From positions 18,645 to 82,644 of the forward strand of contig CAXHJY010001517.1 in NCBI GenBank assembly GCA_964016885.1: a stretch of 64,000 nucleotides of DNA, given 5' to 3'. Each line of letters opens with the position of its first letter. Within the stretch, counting starts at the first letter, position 1. The translations under genes and the position numbers were made by a program. Below the pieces are notes generated by a model that was not told where the DNA came from, searched no databases, and saw only the letters and a list, made by a program, of their open reading frames with translations. Below, one piece after another: positions 25,450-38,900 of this stretch. The stretch comes from Eledone cirrhosa (Eukaryota).

Positions 25450-25793
25450 GGAGGCACATGGCTTAGTGGTTAGAGCATTGGCCTTGCAATCGATTGTTTG
25501 TGAGTTCAATTCTCAGACCGGACGATGTGTTGTTTCCTTGAGCAAGGCACTTTATTTCACATTGCTCCAGTTTACTCAGCTGTAGAAATGAGATGATAGG
25601 GACTGGGGTCCCTATCATTCCACTGCAAAGTGGTCCTGGAGGTGCCACGGCAAAAAAGCACCCAGCACGCACTGTAAATGAGGTTGGTGTTAGGAAGGGC
25701 ATCCAGCTGTAGAAATCAAGCCAGAATCAGTTCCCGTCCCACCCTTGCAAGCAGGGAAAAGTGGACGTAAAATGAAATGATGATGAATGATGA
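25450..25793 (+). mobile_element. tRNA-derived CORE-like SINE with RTE-derived 3' tail
   Basis: A-box TGGCTTAGTGG, B-box GAGTTCAATTC, CORE-like ccttgagcaaggcacttt, then sequence matching the RTE 3' UTR (8447-8630) with a TGA tail. Confidence 0.8.
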
Positions 25794-25995
25794 CACACAC
25801 ACACACACACATGTATCCAATTTAGAATAGGTACACCATATCCATGATATGGTAAGGAGTGATCAAAGAGGTTGGTATCAGGTAAAATATTGCCTCAAAA
25901 AGTCACATCCAATGCATGCTAGCATGGAAAAGTCAATGATAATATAAGAAAAATCAATAGCGATAAACAACAGAGAACAATAATGGTATATTAAA

Positions 25996-26858
25996 TCTCT
26001 CTCTATATATAAATTTTTTGTGTCTCTCTGTTCCTATGCATTCTCTACCGGCTGGACCAAATCAAATCAAATTTTACAAGGTAATAGTATTAGACCCCGG
26101 GAGTGTCAACATGTAATTTTTATTCTCATTTGGATTAATATATTTTTGGATTAATATATTTTATCTAAAATAACATTTCTATAGTGAACTATAGTAAACC
26201 ACCACCACCATCACTACGACGACAACGACCACGTCACATTTTGTATATGAATGTGTGTTTGTGAGTTTGTTGCGTATGTTAGGCTTCAGAGAATTAAACA
26301 CACACACATCTATACATACATACATATAGCTTTAGTAAGTTGCATACATATCTTCACACACAGACAATTAAACACACACACACATCTACACATACAGATA
26401 CATAAGTGATGACAGATAGCTGTGATTGACTGTATGTCTGGGTGTGTCTGTCTCAGTATATGTATGTGAGTATGTGTGATAATTTTTATTTTTATTTGGT
26501 GTAGCAACTGTCAAAAAAATGAGGTGAAAAGCTATGCATGTCTGTGTGAATGTATGTCTGTGTGTGTCTGTATTAGTATATGTATGTGAGAGTGTATGTG
26601 TGTGAGTGTGTAGCAACAATTTATTCATTTGGACACCAACAAAAAAATTACACAATGAATATTGTTTACCCTAAGGTGCTACAAGATTGACATATTTTCA
26701 TTTCTAAATTCTATTATCATTACAATTTTGATATTTTTTTTTAATAAAATATAGATATTTTGAAATAATTATGAGAAAAAAAAAAATCTTCATATTTATT
26801 GCTTACTAACCTGAATAAGAACAGAAGTAACCTAGACAACGCCGGGTAATTCAGCTAG
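25996..26858 (+). mobile_element. Non-autonomous Helitron with internal CA/TG microsatellites
   Basis: A|TCTCTCTCTATATATAAA start, and a 3' cctagacaacgccggg hairpin remnant followed by CTAG|T. Confidence 0.75.
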
Positions 26859-28399
26859 TACTTAATATAGCTGGAAAAGAGTCTTAATATTCTGGATGTT
26901 AGTCCTTTATCAGAAGATAGAAAAATGAAGAAGAGGATGTATAGAATAGACAAGGAAAGGGAAGACAGAAGAGAGTAAAAAGGAAATGGAGAAAAGGGTA
27001 GAGAGGAGAGAAAGCATCTTGAAGAAGCATATATGTATGTGTGTTTATAATAATAATTGTTTCTACTTTAGGCACAAGGCCAGAAATTATCCCAGTGTAT
27101 TACTGGTTCTTTATTTTATCGACCCTATAAGGATAAAAGGCAAAGTTAACCTCGGCGGGATTTGAACAATAATAATTATATTATTTATAGTTATGTATAT
27201 ACTATAAACAACTATAAACAGGAAAGGTCAGTAATTTATTACTACGTTATTACCAGTAAGAGAAATAGCTCAATGTAAGAACATCAGGTGTTTTACAGAG
27301 CAGGAATATATGTGTTTATATATATGTATACACACACAATGTACAGACATACAGACACACACACACACACATACAAATGTACAGAACAACCATAAATTTG
27401 AGATGAAGTGTAAAAGCTGAAGCACATAACAACTAGTAATATAATAGCACTGAACAGGTGTAATGAATATTAATATATATAATAGCTTATATAGCATCTG
27501 TCTAACTAATTACTTTATCATTGAATTCCACCACTTATTTGTCCAGAATGAATCTTGAGGATGATAAGTGGTGTATGTGCAGGAGTCAGTGTCATCATTT
27601 TATCTCCACTTTTCCACAATTGTTTGTGTTGATTGAGATTTTTTAAGACAGTGCTTTCCATATGGATTCCCTCTCTGATGTCAATCCTTTTAGTCACTTC
27701 TTATGATATGCAGGTATACAGTGTAGCTATTCTAAAACCTGGGATACACACAGTAAGATTACATATACACACACAAACAGACACATATAGAAAGAACATA
27801 TATTTCAATTGAAGTGATGCAAACTTTAGCTAATTCCACCAATCTTTCAGAGACAACATCCTCTCAGCCCATTTCTAAGACTCTGCTCACAACCTTTTCC
27901 TAGTTTTTATCCATTTGGAGAGCTGGTCTGAAACAGACACTCAAAACCTAAAATGGTCTCTTGCTCCAGCAATAGAAGTTACTGTCTAACATGGACTTGT
28001 TCTTCCAGGTGTTAGGTTGCAAACTCATCAATTGTCTTTGATAATGCATGCTTCTATTACCTCTTGTTCAAGTCCATGATGACAATATGTATGTAGACAA
28101 TGCTCTCCAGTGTCCCTGTTCCAGTGGGATGCCCATCAATGTTTCTAACCTCCAATACAAAAACCAAGTGTAGGAACCCTTAAGAGGCTAAGTGCACAAG
28201 GCAAAACAATTCCATTCAGTGATTTCTGTGGGGGTACATGCTCCACAGGATGGCAATTTGAATATTTAGGAGGCGGCAGCGGGGAAGGGGTGGGGGTTGA
28301 GGGGGGTAGCAAATGATATTAATGGGAACAAACTTCAGGTATTACCTTAATTAGTGTCAGAAACGCCTGTCTCACCTCCCCCACACATGTTATTATGTC

Positions 28400-29909
28400 T
28401 CTGGCATCATCTCTATGCCAATTTGTTTACAATTTTTGAGATGTTGCGGTGGTGTATGGTGCACAAATCTAGTTTGATCACTAAACATTGTAGCAATAAT
28501 GGACCAAGTCATGTGTTTTAAACTGATCTAAATTGATATGAGCTCCACCAAAATGGATCACATAATTTTGTGCTTCTCTTTTACTAACCATCAATAACAA
28601 TTGTCTAAAAGTATTGCACAAATTATGACCTTAAAAGGGTCAAGGACTATAAATAAATCAAAAACACCTAAATTATAATGATGGGTATAAATTAAATTCA
28701 AAATAATGAAATAATGAAACAGATGTTTGGTATATATTCAACCACTACCTATTTAACATAAATAGCATATTCATAGAAATGCTATTCATATTTTCTTGGC
28801 TACATCAATGTTCTCAATAATTAAAGCAGTCAATTTTGGTGGTAAACAATGAACTGTCTTGGTTTATATCAGCATATTAAAAGTAATTAGTCATTTTGGA
28901 ATGGTGGCTGTATGAAGTAAATTTAGAATTATGGAGTTGTCTTGGTGACTCGTTAGAGGCAGTTGCTCTAGAGCTCGAAAGAGCCAATAAAGATTGGTAC
29001 ACAACCTACTTTTCTAGGTATTACCTTTTGTTACCATATTTCTAATGAAAAACACAGACTATGATTTTCTAATAATGTTGAAAATAATCAAGAATTTGGA
29101 GATTTAGTAATATAGCTAACCTCCTCTTTATTTAACTTACCGTATTTCCCGGTGCTGAAGATGCTTCATCCTCAAGGACACTAATTTTGACAACTAACAA
29201 TTTGAAAAAAAATAATAAACAACCTTCGGCCTCCAGGACACATGGTAGGTTTTTGAGACTTATTTTAGGAAAAAAGTAGCATCTTCGACGCTGGGAAACA
29301 TGGTACATTTCTTACACAGAATAATGATAGGTTTTTAGGTAAATATAAACACTTTAAATAAAACCTATTTGCATCATAGAAAAAGGGGGCAGTTTCAGGT
29401 GGTTTGGTATCAAAATATTTAAGGGAATGAGGGATAAACCTTACCCTACATAGGATGTTATATTTGAGATAACATTCTCCATATGCAGCAGTAAGATCAA
29501 CTGAGACACAACATTAAATAAATTATCTGGCCCAAATAACCAACAAAATCATTTTAGTGGATTTAAATACACACCAGCTGGTAAGCCAATATCACACTGA
29601 TCTAGTTTATTTTGCTCCTTCATAAAATACCATGATTGCTATTGAGCTGCTAGATAATTGATCAAAAGGCTAAAAGCTTAAACCAAGAAAAACATTGCTC
29701 ACTGATAACTTCAGGCAAACTAGCTGAAACATTATACAGTGGTCAGTTGATGTTAGGAGAGGAAACATATGTGAAATATGGTGACATGAATAAGATGGGC
29801 TTTAAAACTTTGGATTTTGCATCCTGTTAGATCAAATACGTTGGTAAAATATTTGCCAACAATCTCTTTCTATGTATGTGTAATGGACATAAAAACAATG
29901 ACGATAATG

Positions 29910-29954
<45 letters not shown>

Positions 29955-30300
29955 GGGGGATCTTTTAGAAGCATCTTAACCATGCCACTATAAAAAATGA
30001 ATGTTAAACAAAAAAAAAAAAGATGCTTCTAAAAGAGAGGGGAGTGATAATGGAATTAATTTATTATTTTTAATAACTTTTACATTTTCACCAGAACAGT
30101 TCTGAAATAATAGTTCTCCGTAATAATTCTGAAAATGTAGAGATATGTTTAGATAATCCTGAATATGCAAACATTTTTGTCTGGATAATCGTGACAAGAG
30201 TTTCAACACATTTCCCACTATGGTGTTCACCTATAACAACAGCAGCACCATTGAAAAGCTTCCATATATCTTGATTAATCAATAAGTCATTCTGATGATT
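28400..30300 (-). mobile_element. Very decayed LINE RT remnants interrupted by MITEs
   Basis: Scattered minus-strand motifs (DLTAAY near 29490, YAD near 28870). No intact frame; boundaries approximate. Confidence 0.35.
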
Positions 30301-31186
30301 TGTTTGTTTAATTAATCTTTGATATCACTATAAATTATATAAAGAAAAAAAAACAAAACAGCTGTTTCTACAGAAAACATGTCTGTGTGCCAGCTGCATT
30401 GATAAAACAAACTAGCACAAGGTAATGAGAATAGATCTACGTCGTTATTCAGCCTGCCAGAAATAATAGGAAAAATCAACCCTTAACTCTTTTGATACCA
30501 AACTACCTGAAAACACTCTGGTTTTATAATAAAAAACCGTTTGTTTTAAAATGTTAATATTTATCTAAAAACCTTTCATCATAATTTTATGTAAACACTT
30601 TTGTTAAATTATGTTCCATAGACCAGCTTTATAATGAAAAAATTAGCCATATTACTAAATCCCTTCAAATTCTTATTTGAATATCATAGGCAATATCTTT
30701 CATTAGAAATATGACAACAAAAGCATTATGTTTCAAACACTAACCTAATAATGAGAACGTTATTTTACTAAGTGGCTCTAAATTCTTGATTATTTTCAAA
30801 ATTAATTGAAAATCACAAGCAGTGTATTTCAAACAACAATTAGCTGCCATAGTTCTGGAGAAAGACAACAACAAAATTTACAGATAAAAACATATTACTT
30901 TTGTCTAAGGCCCCTAATTTATCATCAAAACATAAAAAAAAAACTCTTATGAGATGCAACCCATGGGGAGCTAAACTTATGCATGTGTAAGCTGTAACAA
31001 CAATAATGTCTCTCTGACCAAAGAAGGTAGCATAATACATTACCAGGAGAGTAATGAATATCAATGAATAACCAGGAAAAAAGTGGGATCAATTAACACA
31101 GTAATTATTTCTAATCAAGTATGGTGGACAAAGATGGCTGCATTTCTTGGGTTGATGATTATGATGATAACAACAATCCTAAGAAT

Positions 31187-31378
31187 GATAATTGTTTCTA
31201 CTTTTGGCACAAGGCCAGCAATTACCCAGTGCATTACTAGTACTTTATTTTATCGACCCTGTAAGGATGAAAAGCAAAGTTAACCTCGGCGGGATTTGAA
31301 CTCAGAATGGCAAGGGCCGTAACTCTATGTGTCAAAGCATGGTGTCAGACCCTCTACCGATACTGCCACTCCACCACC
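31187..31378 (-). mobile_element. MetaSINE-like element
   Basis: Near full-length copy of the same SINE family. Confidence 0.8.
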
Positions 31379-32044
31379 CTAATGGCAATGAAAATTATGA
31401 TAATATTTGATAGTATCTTTTTCTAAATTCAGATATACTTAAAAGTAAGTATATTTAAATAAATAACAAGAGAGCCTCCATCATGTATATTATCAAAACA
31501 TTAGGAGAACTTAAGACTCAGATAAGAAACCTCACTGTTGGTAAAAGTGGGGAAAATAGAAATATATATATAAAACCTAAAGTGAAGAGACTAGACAAAC
31601 ATGTTTTATTTTATGAAGCAGTTCTTAGAACAGAGAACAGACTTCTATTATCTGAGGCAGTAAACTAAAGCAATGCTTGAAGCTGCAAGGAGACTTCTTT
31701 ATCAATGAGTCTAATTATTTGATTAAACAGATCTGTTTATAGAAAGAAGCCTGAGTATTTAATCTTACCACATGCTTCCTTTCTCTTCTACATTGAAAGA
31801 GGATTCTTTGAATAAAAAAAAAAAAACAATTAAAAAAAATCAACCTACATCTTACACAAAAACTTGGAAAAACATGGCACAACCACCAGTATTGTTAATA
31901 CTACTACTAATACTACTACCACTATCACTACTGTTGCTGCTGTTACTACTACTACTGTTGCTGCTATGTGCCATGCTTTCTTTCGGTGAAATTTTGTGAC
32001 TTTCTACCAACCCAGATAAATAGCAAAGTTGACTTCGCCAAGAT

Positions 32045-32603
32045 TTAACTAGATTGATTCAATGTACTTACTAGATCAATATATTCTGGAAACTGCGAGG
32101 ATATAAACTTAGATCAGCTCAATGTATTCACTAGATCAATATATTCTGGAAACTGCCAGATATAAACTGAGATCAGCTCAATGTACTCACTAGATCAATA
32201 TATTCTGGAAACTGCCAAGATATAAACTTAGATCAGCTCAATGTACTTACTAGATCAATATATTCAGCAAACTAGCAAGATTTAACCCTTTAGCATTTAA
32301 ACCGGCCGTATCCGACCAGATTTCTCTCACTTTTTCTGTTTAAATCAGCTGTAACTTGCCGCTCATACTAATGTTAAGATATTGTTCTCAAAATAAATAA
32401 TATTGAAATCTCAGATTCCATATTATGTGAGATAATTATGTGTGATAAAGCTTTTACCATGAAAATACAATAGTAAATATAAAGTAATGTGAATGCTAAA
32501 GGGTTAAACTTAGATCAAATCAATGTATTCACTAAATCAATATATTCTGCAAACTGCCAAGATATAAACTTAGATCAGCTCAATATATTCACTAGATCAA
32601 TAT
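32045..32603. repeat. ~59-bp minisatellite (5-6 copies) interrupted by a family A MITE at 32286-32503
   Basis: ctagatcaatatattctggaaactgccaagatataaacttagatcagctcaatgta repeated. The MITE has TTAA flanks and both TIRs. Confidence 0.85.
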
Positions 32604-32745
32604 GAAACAATGCTTCAAAAATGACCTCAATGACAGATTTCATATTGGTCATTGAGGTCATTTTTGAAGCATTGTTTCATATTGATCTAGTGAATATATT
32701 GAGCAGATCTAAGTTTATATCTTGGCAGTTTGCAGAATATATTGA
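32537..32745. repeat. Long inverted repeat: 98-bp arms, 13-bp spacer
   Basis: 32537-32634 is the reverse complement of 32648-32745, with one mismatch seen by eye. Confidence 0.9.
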
Positions 32746-33204
32746 AATCTGTCATTGGTCCTGCAAGATTAACTCCTGCTTTAGTTGGGAAATGGCTTAA
32801 AAGAGCCTGGTTTTGTATTTTGTCCATGATATTCTCAAAAGCCCTCTAAATGCCTAAATCTCAAAAACTTCCAATCTATTTGAATAATACTTTCGCTAAT
32901 CTACATGTTTCTGCTCCATATAACAATTCAATAATCTTTTTTTCAGATTTTGATATTAATGTTTCTCACTGTTAGTATGTTTGATATTAATGTTTCTCAC
33001 TGTTAGTATGTTTGATATTAATGTTTTCAATGATTTTTTTATCAAGCTATCTCAATCTTTCTTTGGATTTCCACTTCACATTTCCTGATTTCTGATTGCA
33101 TATCTCCTAGGTATCTTCGCTTTCTCTTCAATTGGTTTTCTATCAATTGTTATATTTATTTTTGGTTACTGTAGTTCCTTGCTGATTACCATAACATATA
33201 CTAT

Positions 33205-33553
33205 CATCATCATCATCACCGTTTTACGTCCGTTCTTCCACGCTAGCATGGGTTAGACGGGTTGTCCTGTTGTGGGCAATGTCCGGTTGGCTGACCATGC
33301 CTTGCTCATACGGGAACTGATTCTGGCTTGATTTCTACAGCTGGATGCCCTTCCCAACACCAACCTCATTTACAGTGAGTGCTGGGTGCTTTTTTGTCGT
33401 GGCACCTCCACAACGACTTTGCAGTGGAATGATAGGGACCCAAGTCCTATCAACTCATTTCTACAGCTGAGTAAACTGGAGCAAAGTGAAATAAAGTGTC
33501 TTGCTCAAGGAAACAACACATCACTCGGTGCGAGAATTGAACTCCACAACCTC
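33205..33553 (-). mobile_element. CORE-like SINE with RTE tail, second copy
   Basis: Reverse complement of most of 25500-25793, with a (CAT)n tail on the plus strand. Confidence 0.8.
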
Positions 33554-33630
33554 CAAATATTTGTCGAGTGCTTTTATATCAGTTATAAATATTTACTAGT
33601 TGTAACCCAACAATTTTAAATATAACTTTC

Positions 33631-33702
<72 letters not shown>

Positions 33703-34630
33703 AATATATATATATAACTTATTAATAAAGCATTTTCTCATATTGATCTTTAATACTTGGTGGTTGTTTCTATTTAAACCATGCAATTTCAATGGGGTCA
33801 GAAAGTATAATCAAATACACTAACAAAGAGATAATAGAAATCTCAGCATCATTAAAATATTTATCCAAGCAAACAAACCATAAACCTAAACAGAGTTTCA
33901 TTGTTCTGAAGAAAGAGCACAGTAAAATGTTAGCAATTAAGACAATGTTCTCTCAATACTGCAGAGGATTGTGTGGGTAGCAGTAAAGAGTGGTCACTGA
34001 AATATATTTGGAAAGTGAATTCATTTATTCACTGAGAGAGATTGACAAGATCCCAGACCTCATTCGCTTACGGACTGAGGTGGCGCTCATCAAGATGGGC
34101 CGATAAAACAATGTTTCCATTGCTGATACTATCTATCAGTTGCAACTCCTAGCAGAAAGAGCAGCATGAAATAAAGCGTCTTGCTCAAGGACATAATGTA
34201 TCGCCCAGTCCTGTAATGAATCTCACATCATGATTGCGAATCCAATTCTCTAACCACTAAGTTACGTGCCTTCACTATCACTATAGTTATAATAAAGGTG
34301 GTGAGTTGTTAGGACGTCAGCTTAATATTGCCTTGGTATTTGTTCCAACTCACTGTACTCTGAGTCTAAATCCTGTTGAGGTCAACTTTATCTTTCATTT
34401 TTTTGCGGTCAATAAATAAAGTACCAGTTCAGTACAAGGGTCAATTCATCCTCTCACTGGAAGAAATTAGCTGTATTTCAACCTATGTATAATTGTATCA
34501 AATCATTTAGAATCTTTGTTGTTGTAGCTGTCATCTTCAACAACATGTAAAAAATATCACCAATGATAAACAGACAAACCAGCTGGTCAAAGTACAGTGT
34601 CAAAGAAAAGAAAAAAAGCTCTTCTGCAAA

Positions 34631-34817
34631 TAATTGTTTCTACTTTAGGCACAAGGCCAGCAATTACCCAGTGCATTACTGGTACTTTATTTAATCGACC
34701 CCGTAAGGATGAAAGGCAAAGTCAACCTCGGCGGGATTTGAACTCAGATCGTAAAGGGACGTAACTATGCTGGAAAGCATGGCGTCCGCCCCTCTATCAA
34801 TACTGCCAATCCACCGC
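34631..34817 (-). mobile_element. Full-length young MetaSINE-like element with TSD
   Basis: Flanked on both sides by ctcttctgcaaataat. Confidence 0.85.
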
Positions 34818-35213
34818 TCTTCTGCAAATAATGAGAGCTAGTTTGATAAAGTAAAAGGGCACTATTATCAAAGTTTACTGAGTTTTATTATCACATTTTC
34901 AGTGGAATATACTAATCAGAAACTAACTAAATATTGTTAAAAATTAAAATTTCTCATTTCTAAATAAGGCCAGCAATTTGAAAGAAAAGGAAAGTCAAAT
35001 ATATGAACCCTAATACTTAGCTGATATTTTATTTTATCGACTCGGGAAGGATGAAAGGCAAAGCTGAACTCGACGGGATTTGAACTCAGAACTAATACCA
35101 CAAGTCATTTTGTCTGACACTAACAACTCAGCTAATCAACTGATCTCTCATTTCCAAATAATAATAATAGTCATTCTTTAACCCTTTTGATACCAACTAG
35201 CTATAGTTCTATG

Positions 35214-35248
<35 letters not shown>

Positions 35249-35798
35249 CCCATTTTAAAGGGTTCCAATTTAAATTAAAATCTTCCAACATAAGTTTATA
35301 TAAAAACTATATCTTAGTCATGAAATAATAATTTTAGTAAATCCCTCAAAATATTTCATTAATTAAAATAGAATGTATTTCATTAGAAATATGATCATAA
35401 AAGAATGTTTATAAAAATATTGATATTGTGGTTAGCCCCATGAAAAGAAGTGAATAAAGAAAGTGTCATTACTACTCATGCAAATTAGCATATTTCTAAT
35501 AAAAGACACTGCCTATACTTGTGAAATAATTTGGAAAATAACCAAGAATTAAGGATTTAATAGTGTAACTTTCTCAATAGTAAACTGCAGTTTGGAACAA
35601 CTTTACATAAGTTCTTACAGAAATATGATAGATTTTAATGTAAACACAAACACTTAAAACTGGACAGTTTTGTATGATATAACCAGAAGCAGTTCCAGGC
35701 AGATTAATATCAAAAGAGTTAACTCTTTTGGTATCAGCCTGCCCAAAACCAGCTCTGGGTCTCAAACAAAACCCCCCATTTTAAAGGTTCGTATTTAA

Positions 35799-35999
35799 TC
35801 CTTTAGCATTTAAACCAGTCACATCTGGCCAGGATTTTCTCACCTTTTTCTGCTCAAATGGCCCATAACCAGCTGCTCTTACTGATGTTAAAGTATTGTT
35901 CTCAAAATAAATATCAAAATCTCATATATTCGATATTATGTGAGATAAAGTCTTTACTTAAAAAATACAATAGTATATAGAGATGTAAATGCTAAAGGG
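35799..35999. mobile_element. Family A MITE nested in the TTAA of a family B MITE (35723-36143)
   Basis: TTAA flanks and TIRs. The host MITE sequence resumes after the second TTAA. Confidence 0.8.
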
Positions 36000-38900
36000 T
36001 TAAATTAAAATCTTCCAATAATAATTTTATGTAAGAACTGTAAGTTGCTATCATAGTAATGAAATAATTTTGGTAAATCCCTCAAAATTCTTCATTAATT
36101 AATTGAAATAGAATGTATTTCATTAGAAATAGTCACGAAAAGGTTAATGTCACTCATTCCTCTCAGTATCAACAAAAATAGATGAAATGACAAATATTAG
36201 AGAAAAAAAAATCAAGGTTCTATGAAGACCAAAGAATGTTTGTTACAATTTAATGAGATAATTTTATGTAAAAATGGATCTTTGTCATTGTTCTATATGT
36301 GCTATTTAAATACTAATAAATAATCTAGATTCCAATTTGCCAAACAATTGAAAGCTGACACAAAAGGTTCTACAACTTATAAAGCACTTTTTTAAATCCT
36401 TTAATCAGTTAATTTGAATAAAGAAATGGCGTCTGACTGTTGTGAGTGATTTCAGAAGCTATCTAGTAAGAGTGTCTGAATAACAAATTTATGGTTAAGA
36501 AATTTTAAAATTGAGTCAGACAATCAGAGGTCAGTTGGAAGAGCATTCCAATAATTTAGAGTGTAATAAGAGAAAGCATTCTTCCCATAATTGTTATAAG
36601 AAATGATGTCAAGATTTAATATAGAATATCTAATAGGAAAAAAAAAAATCACTAACTAGAATAATGCCAAAAAGAGATTTGCCAGTCAATAATTGTAGAT
36701 AGTTTTCTATGTTATTATGTGTTCTAAACTATTTGGTTTGGTCATTTTCCAATATGGAGAGGAGATATAATATTGAAAAAGAAAAAAAGTATGCATAGTG
36801 TCTCTGGCAAATTTAGATGACTATTAACCCTTCAATACCCATATTTCTAATGTTTCAAGTGATTTTGAAAATGATAAAGAATTTGGAAAAATTTAATCAA
36901 GTAAATAACTTTTCCATTATTAAGTTGGTGTTAAGAACTTGGAACTTGGCCGATGTCGATACTATGGACAGAAATTCATGGAGAGCGGCTGTGAGACATT
37001 GCCTGGTGTTGCCTACCTTGGAGTCGGGGACAACTGCAGTACCCTAAAGACCAAAACTGGATATGGATGGATAAGAGCATAACACAGTTCTTGAATATAA
37101 TTATAACAGGTTTAAATTTATGTATAAATTTATATTTACATGGCTTCCAGCTGTAGAAACTATGCTAAAAGTAGTTGAGAGGACTCTTTAGTTGTTAAGG
37201 GTATGACCTTTCTAGTGTTGATAAAATGCATGCAACACACTCTATAAAAATGGTCGATGATAGGAAGGGCATCCAGCCATAGAAAACTTACCAAACCAAG
37301 AATTGAGAGGACTCTTTGTGTTGAAGAAATGATAACCTCCCTAGTACAGGTGTCATGATAAAATCCAGCCCACACTGTGGTAGTGCTGAAGTCACAACAA
37401 AATGCACCTGATGCACAATGTAAAATGTGGAAAGATAAGAGAGCAAGCATGTAGCTTGCTAAGAAAGGGGGTTATCAGACAGTGGGAGAGCAAGCAACAT
37501 GTTATGATGTGGTCTTGAAGAGAGTTGCGCTTGGCAATATATTATAGAGAGTGGCCAGCTTTCTAGATATGTATGTTTTGAACAGGAAAAGTGTAGTGGG
37601 ATGTAGCAAGGGTTGTGGGATAGGGGAGCATATCATCATCACCATTAAATGTCTATTTTCCATGTCCATATAGGCCAGACAGGTTTTCACATGACTAGAC
37701 CAGGCAGCTGACAAACTTGTACTTGATCTTTGTTGTATTCTTCTTTGGTCATTAAACCATTTTCCTGCAGCATTTTGACTTATTCTGCTGTCAGAATCAA
37801 TAAAATGAGAGCCAAAATAACTTACAGCATTATATCTGAACAAATTTAATAAATATACAACCACCCCTGTAAAAATTGGTCTTGTCTCAAGCCATAATAA
37901 ATTATAAATATAAATAAGGACAGCAGATCAAGTCTCTGATCTACTCTTCAGCTATCTGTCTATAATCAGTTTATGTCTGTTTTCCCATACTGGCACAGGT
38001 TGGATGGGTTTCATAGTGACTCATCACTTGTCACAGTCCAAATTCAATTAGCTCACATAGAAATAGAATAAACTGCCAATCTTTGCAGTTGTGTATGTTA
38101 GGATATATTTTTTTTGCATAATTTTTATGGTTGGATGACCTTATCACCAACTGTATAGCATGGTGTATTTTGCTTTACCATTGGCACTAAAGAGGTTGTC
38201 TTCAACATGAATAAAAAGTCTCCGGTGCCTTGCATTAGCTAGTTCTTCTAGATAGGTATTGTACATGTATCTTATGGAACCTAGATCAGATCTTTTTAAA
38301 TATCTTTAAGACCATTTTTCTGACCAATTTAGGTATGTAAGTAAGCTTTAGAATATGATTATGCGAACTCCGATTTGCAAAATTGTTGGAGGCAAGAGAT
38401 TTTGCAATTGAATAAATAAAATGCTCTTCTTAACCCTTTTAATATCAACCTGACCCTGGCTCAACAATACAAAATTGTTTTTAATTGTTTTAGATTTATC
38501 TAAAAACTTACCATCATAATTTATATTCCAAACACCAGCCTTAATAATGAGAAAGTTATATTACTAAATCCCACCAAATCCTGCAATATTTTCAAAATTA
38601 TTTGAAAATAATAAGCAGACTCATTAGAAATGTAACAAAAGGGGTTAATGGTATACCAAAAACTATAAATTTGATATAGTATCCATTTTCCGTTCAGGAA
38701 AATGTGGAAAGCAGGGGTATCTTGCAAAAACAAAAAAAAAAGTTTGAACTCAGTAGACAAACTGTACTACTAGCTCTAAAGTTCAAATTCTAACATTGTA
38801 GGAAACAGCCAATAAACCAGCAGCACATCCTTATTACCATGTGTGAAAATATAACAGAAAAGTGTTGACTTTATTTCCTGTAAGCAGCAGAGTTTTACGA

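Noticed and set aside
31772-31999. Leu-rich membrane-like ORF (also the Val/Gly-rich ORF at 22006-22212)
   Set aside because: Translations of CTA/CTG and CAC trinucleotide microsatellites.
37826-37835. Possible 10-nt micro-exon (ttgttcag|atataatgct|gtaagt) on the minus strand
   Set aside because: The splice signals are good, but the peptide does not fit the expected INPP5B N-terminus and such matches arise by chance in AT-rich DNA.
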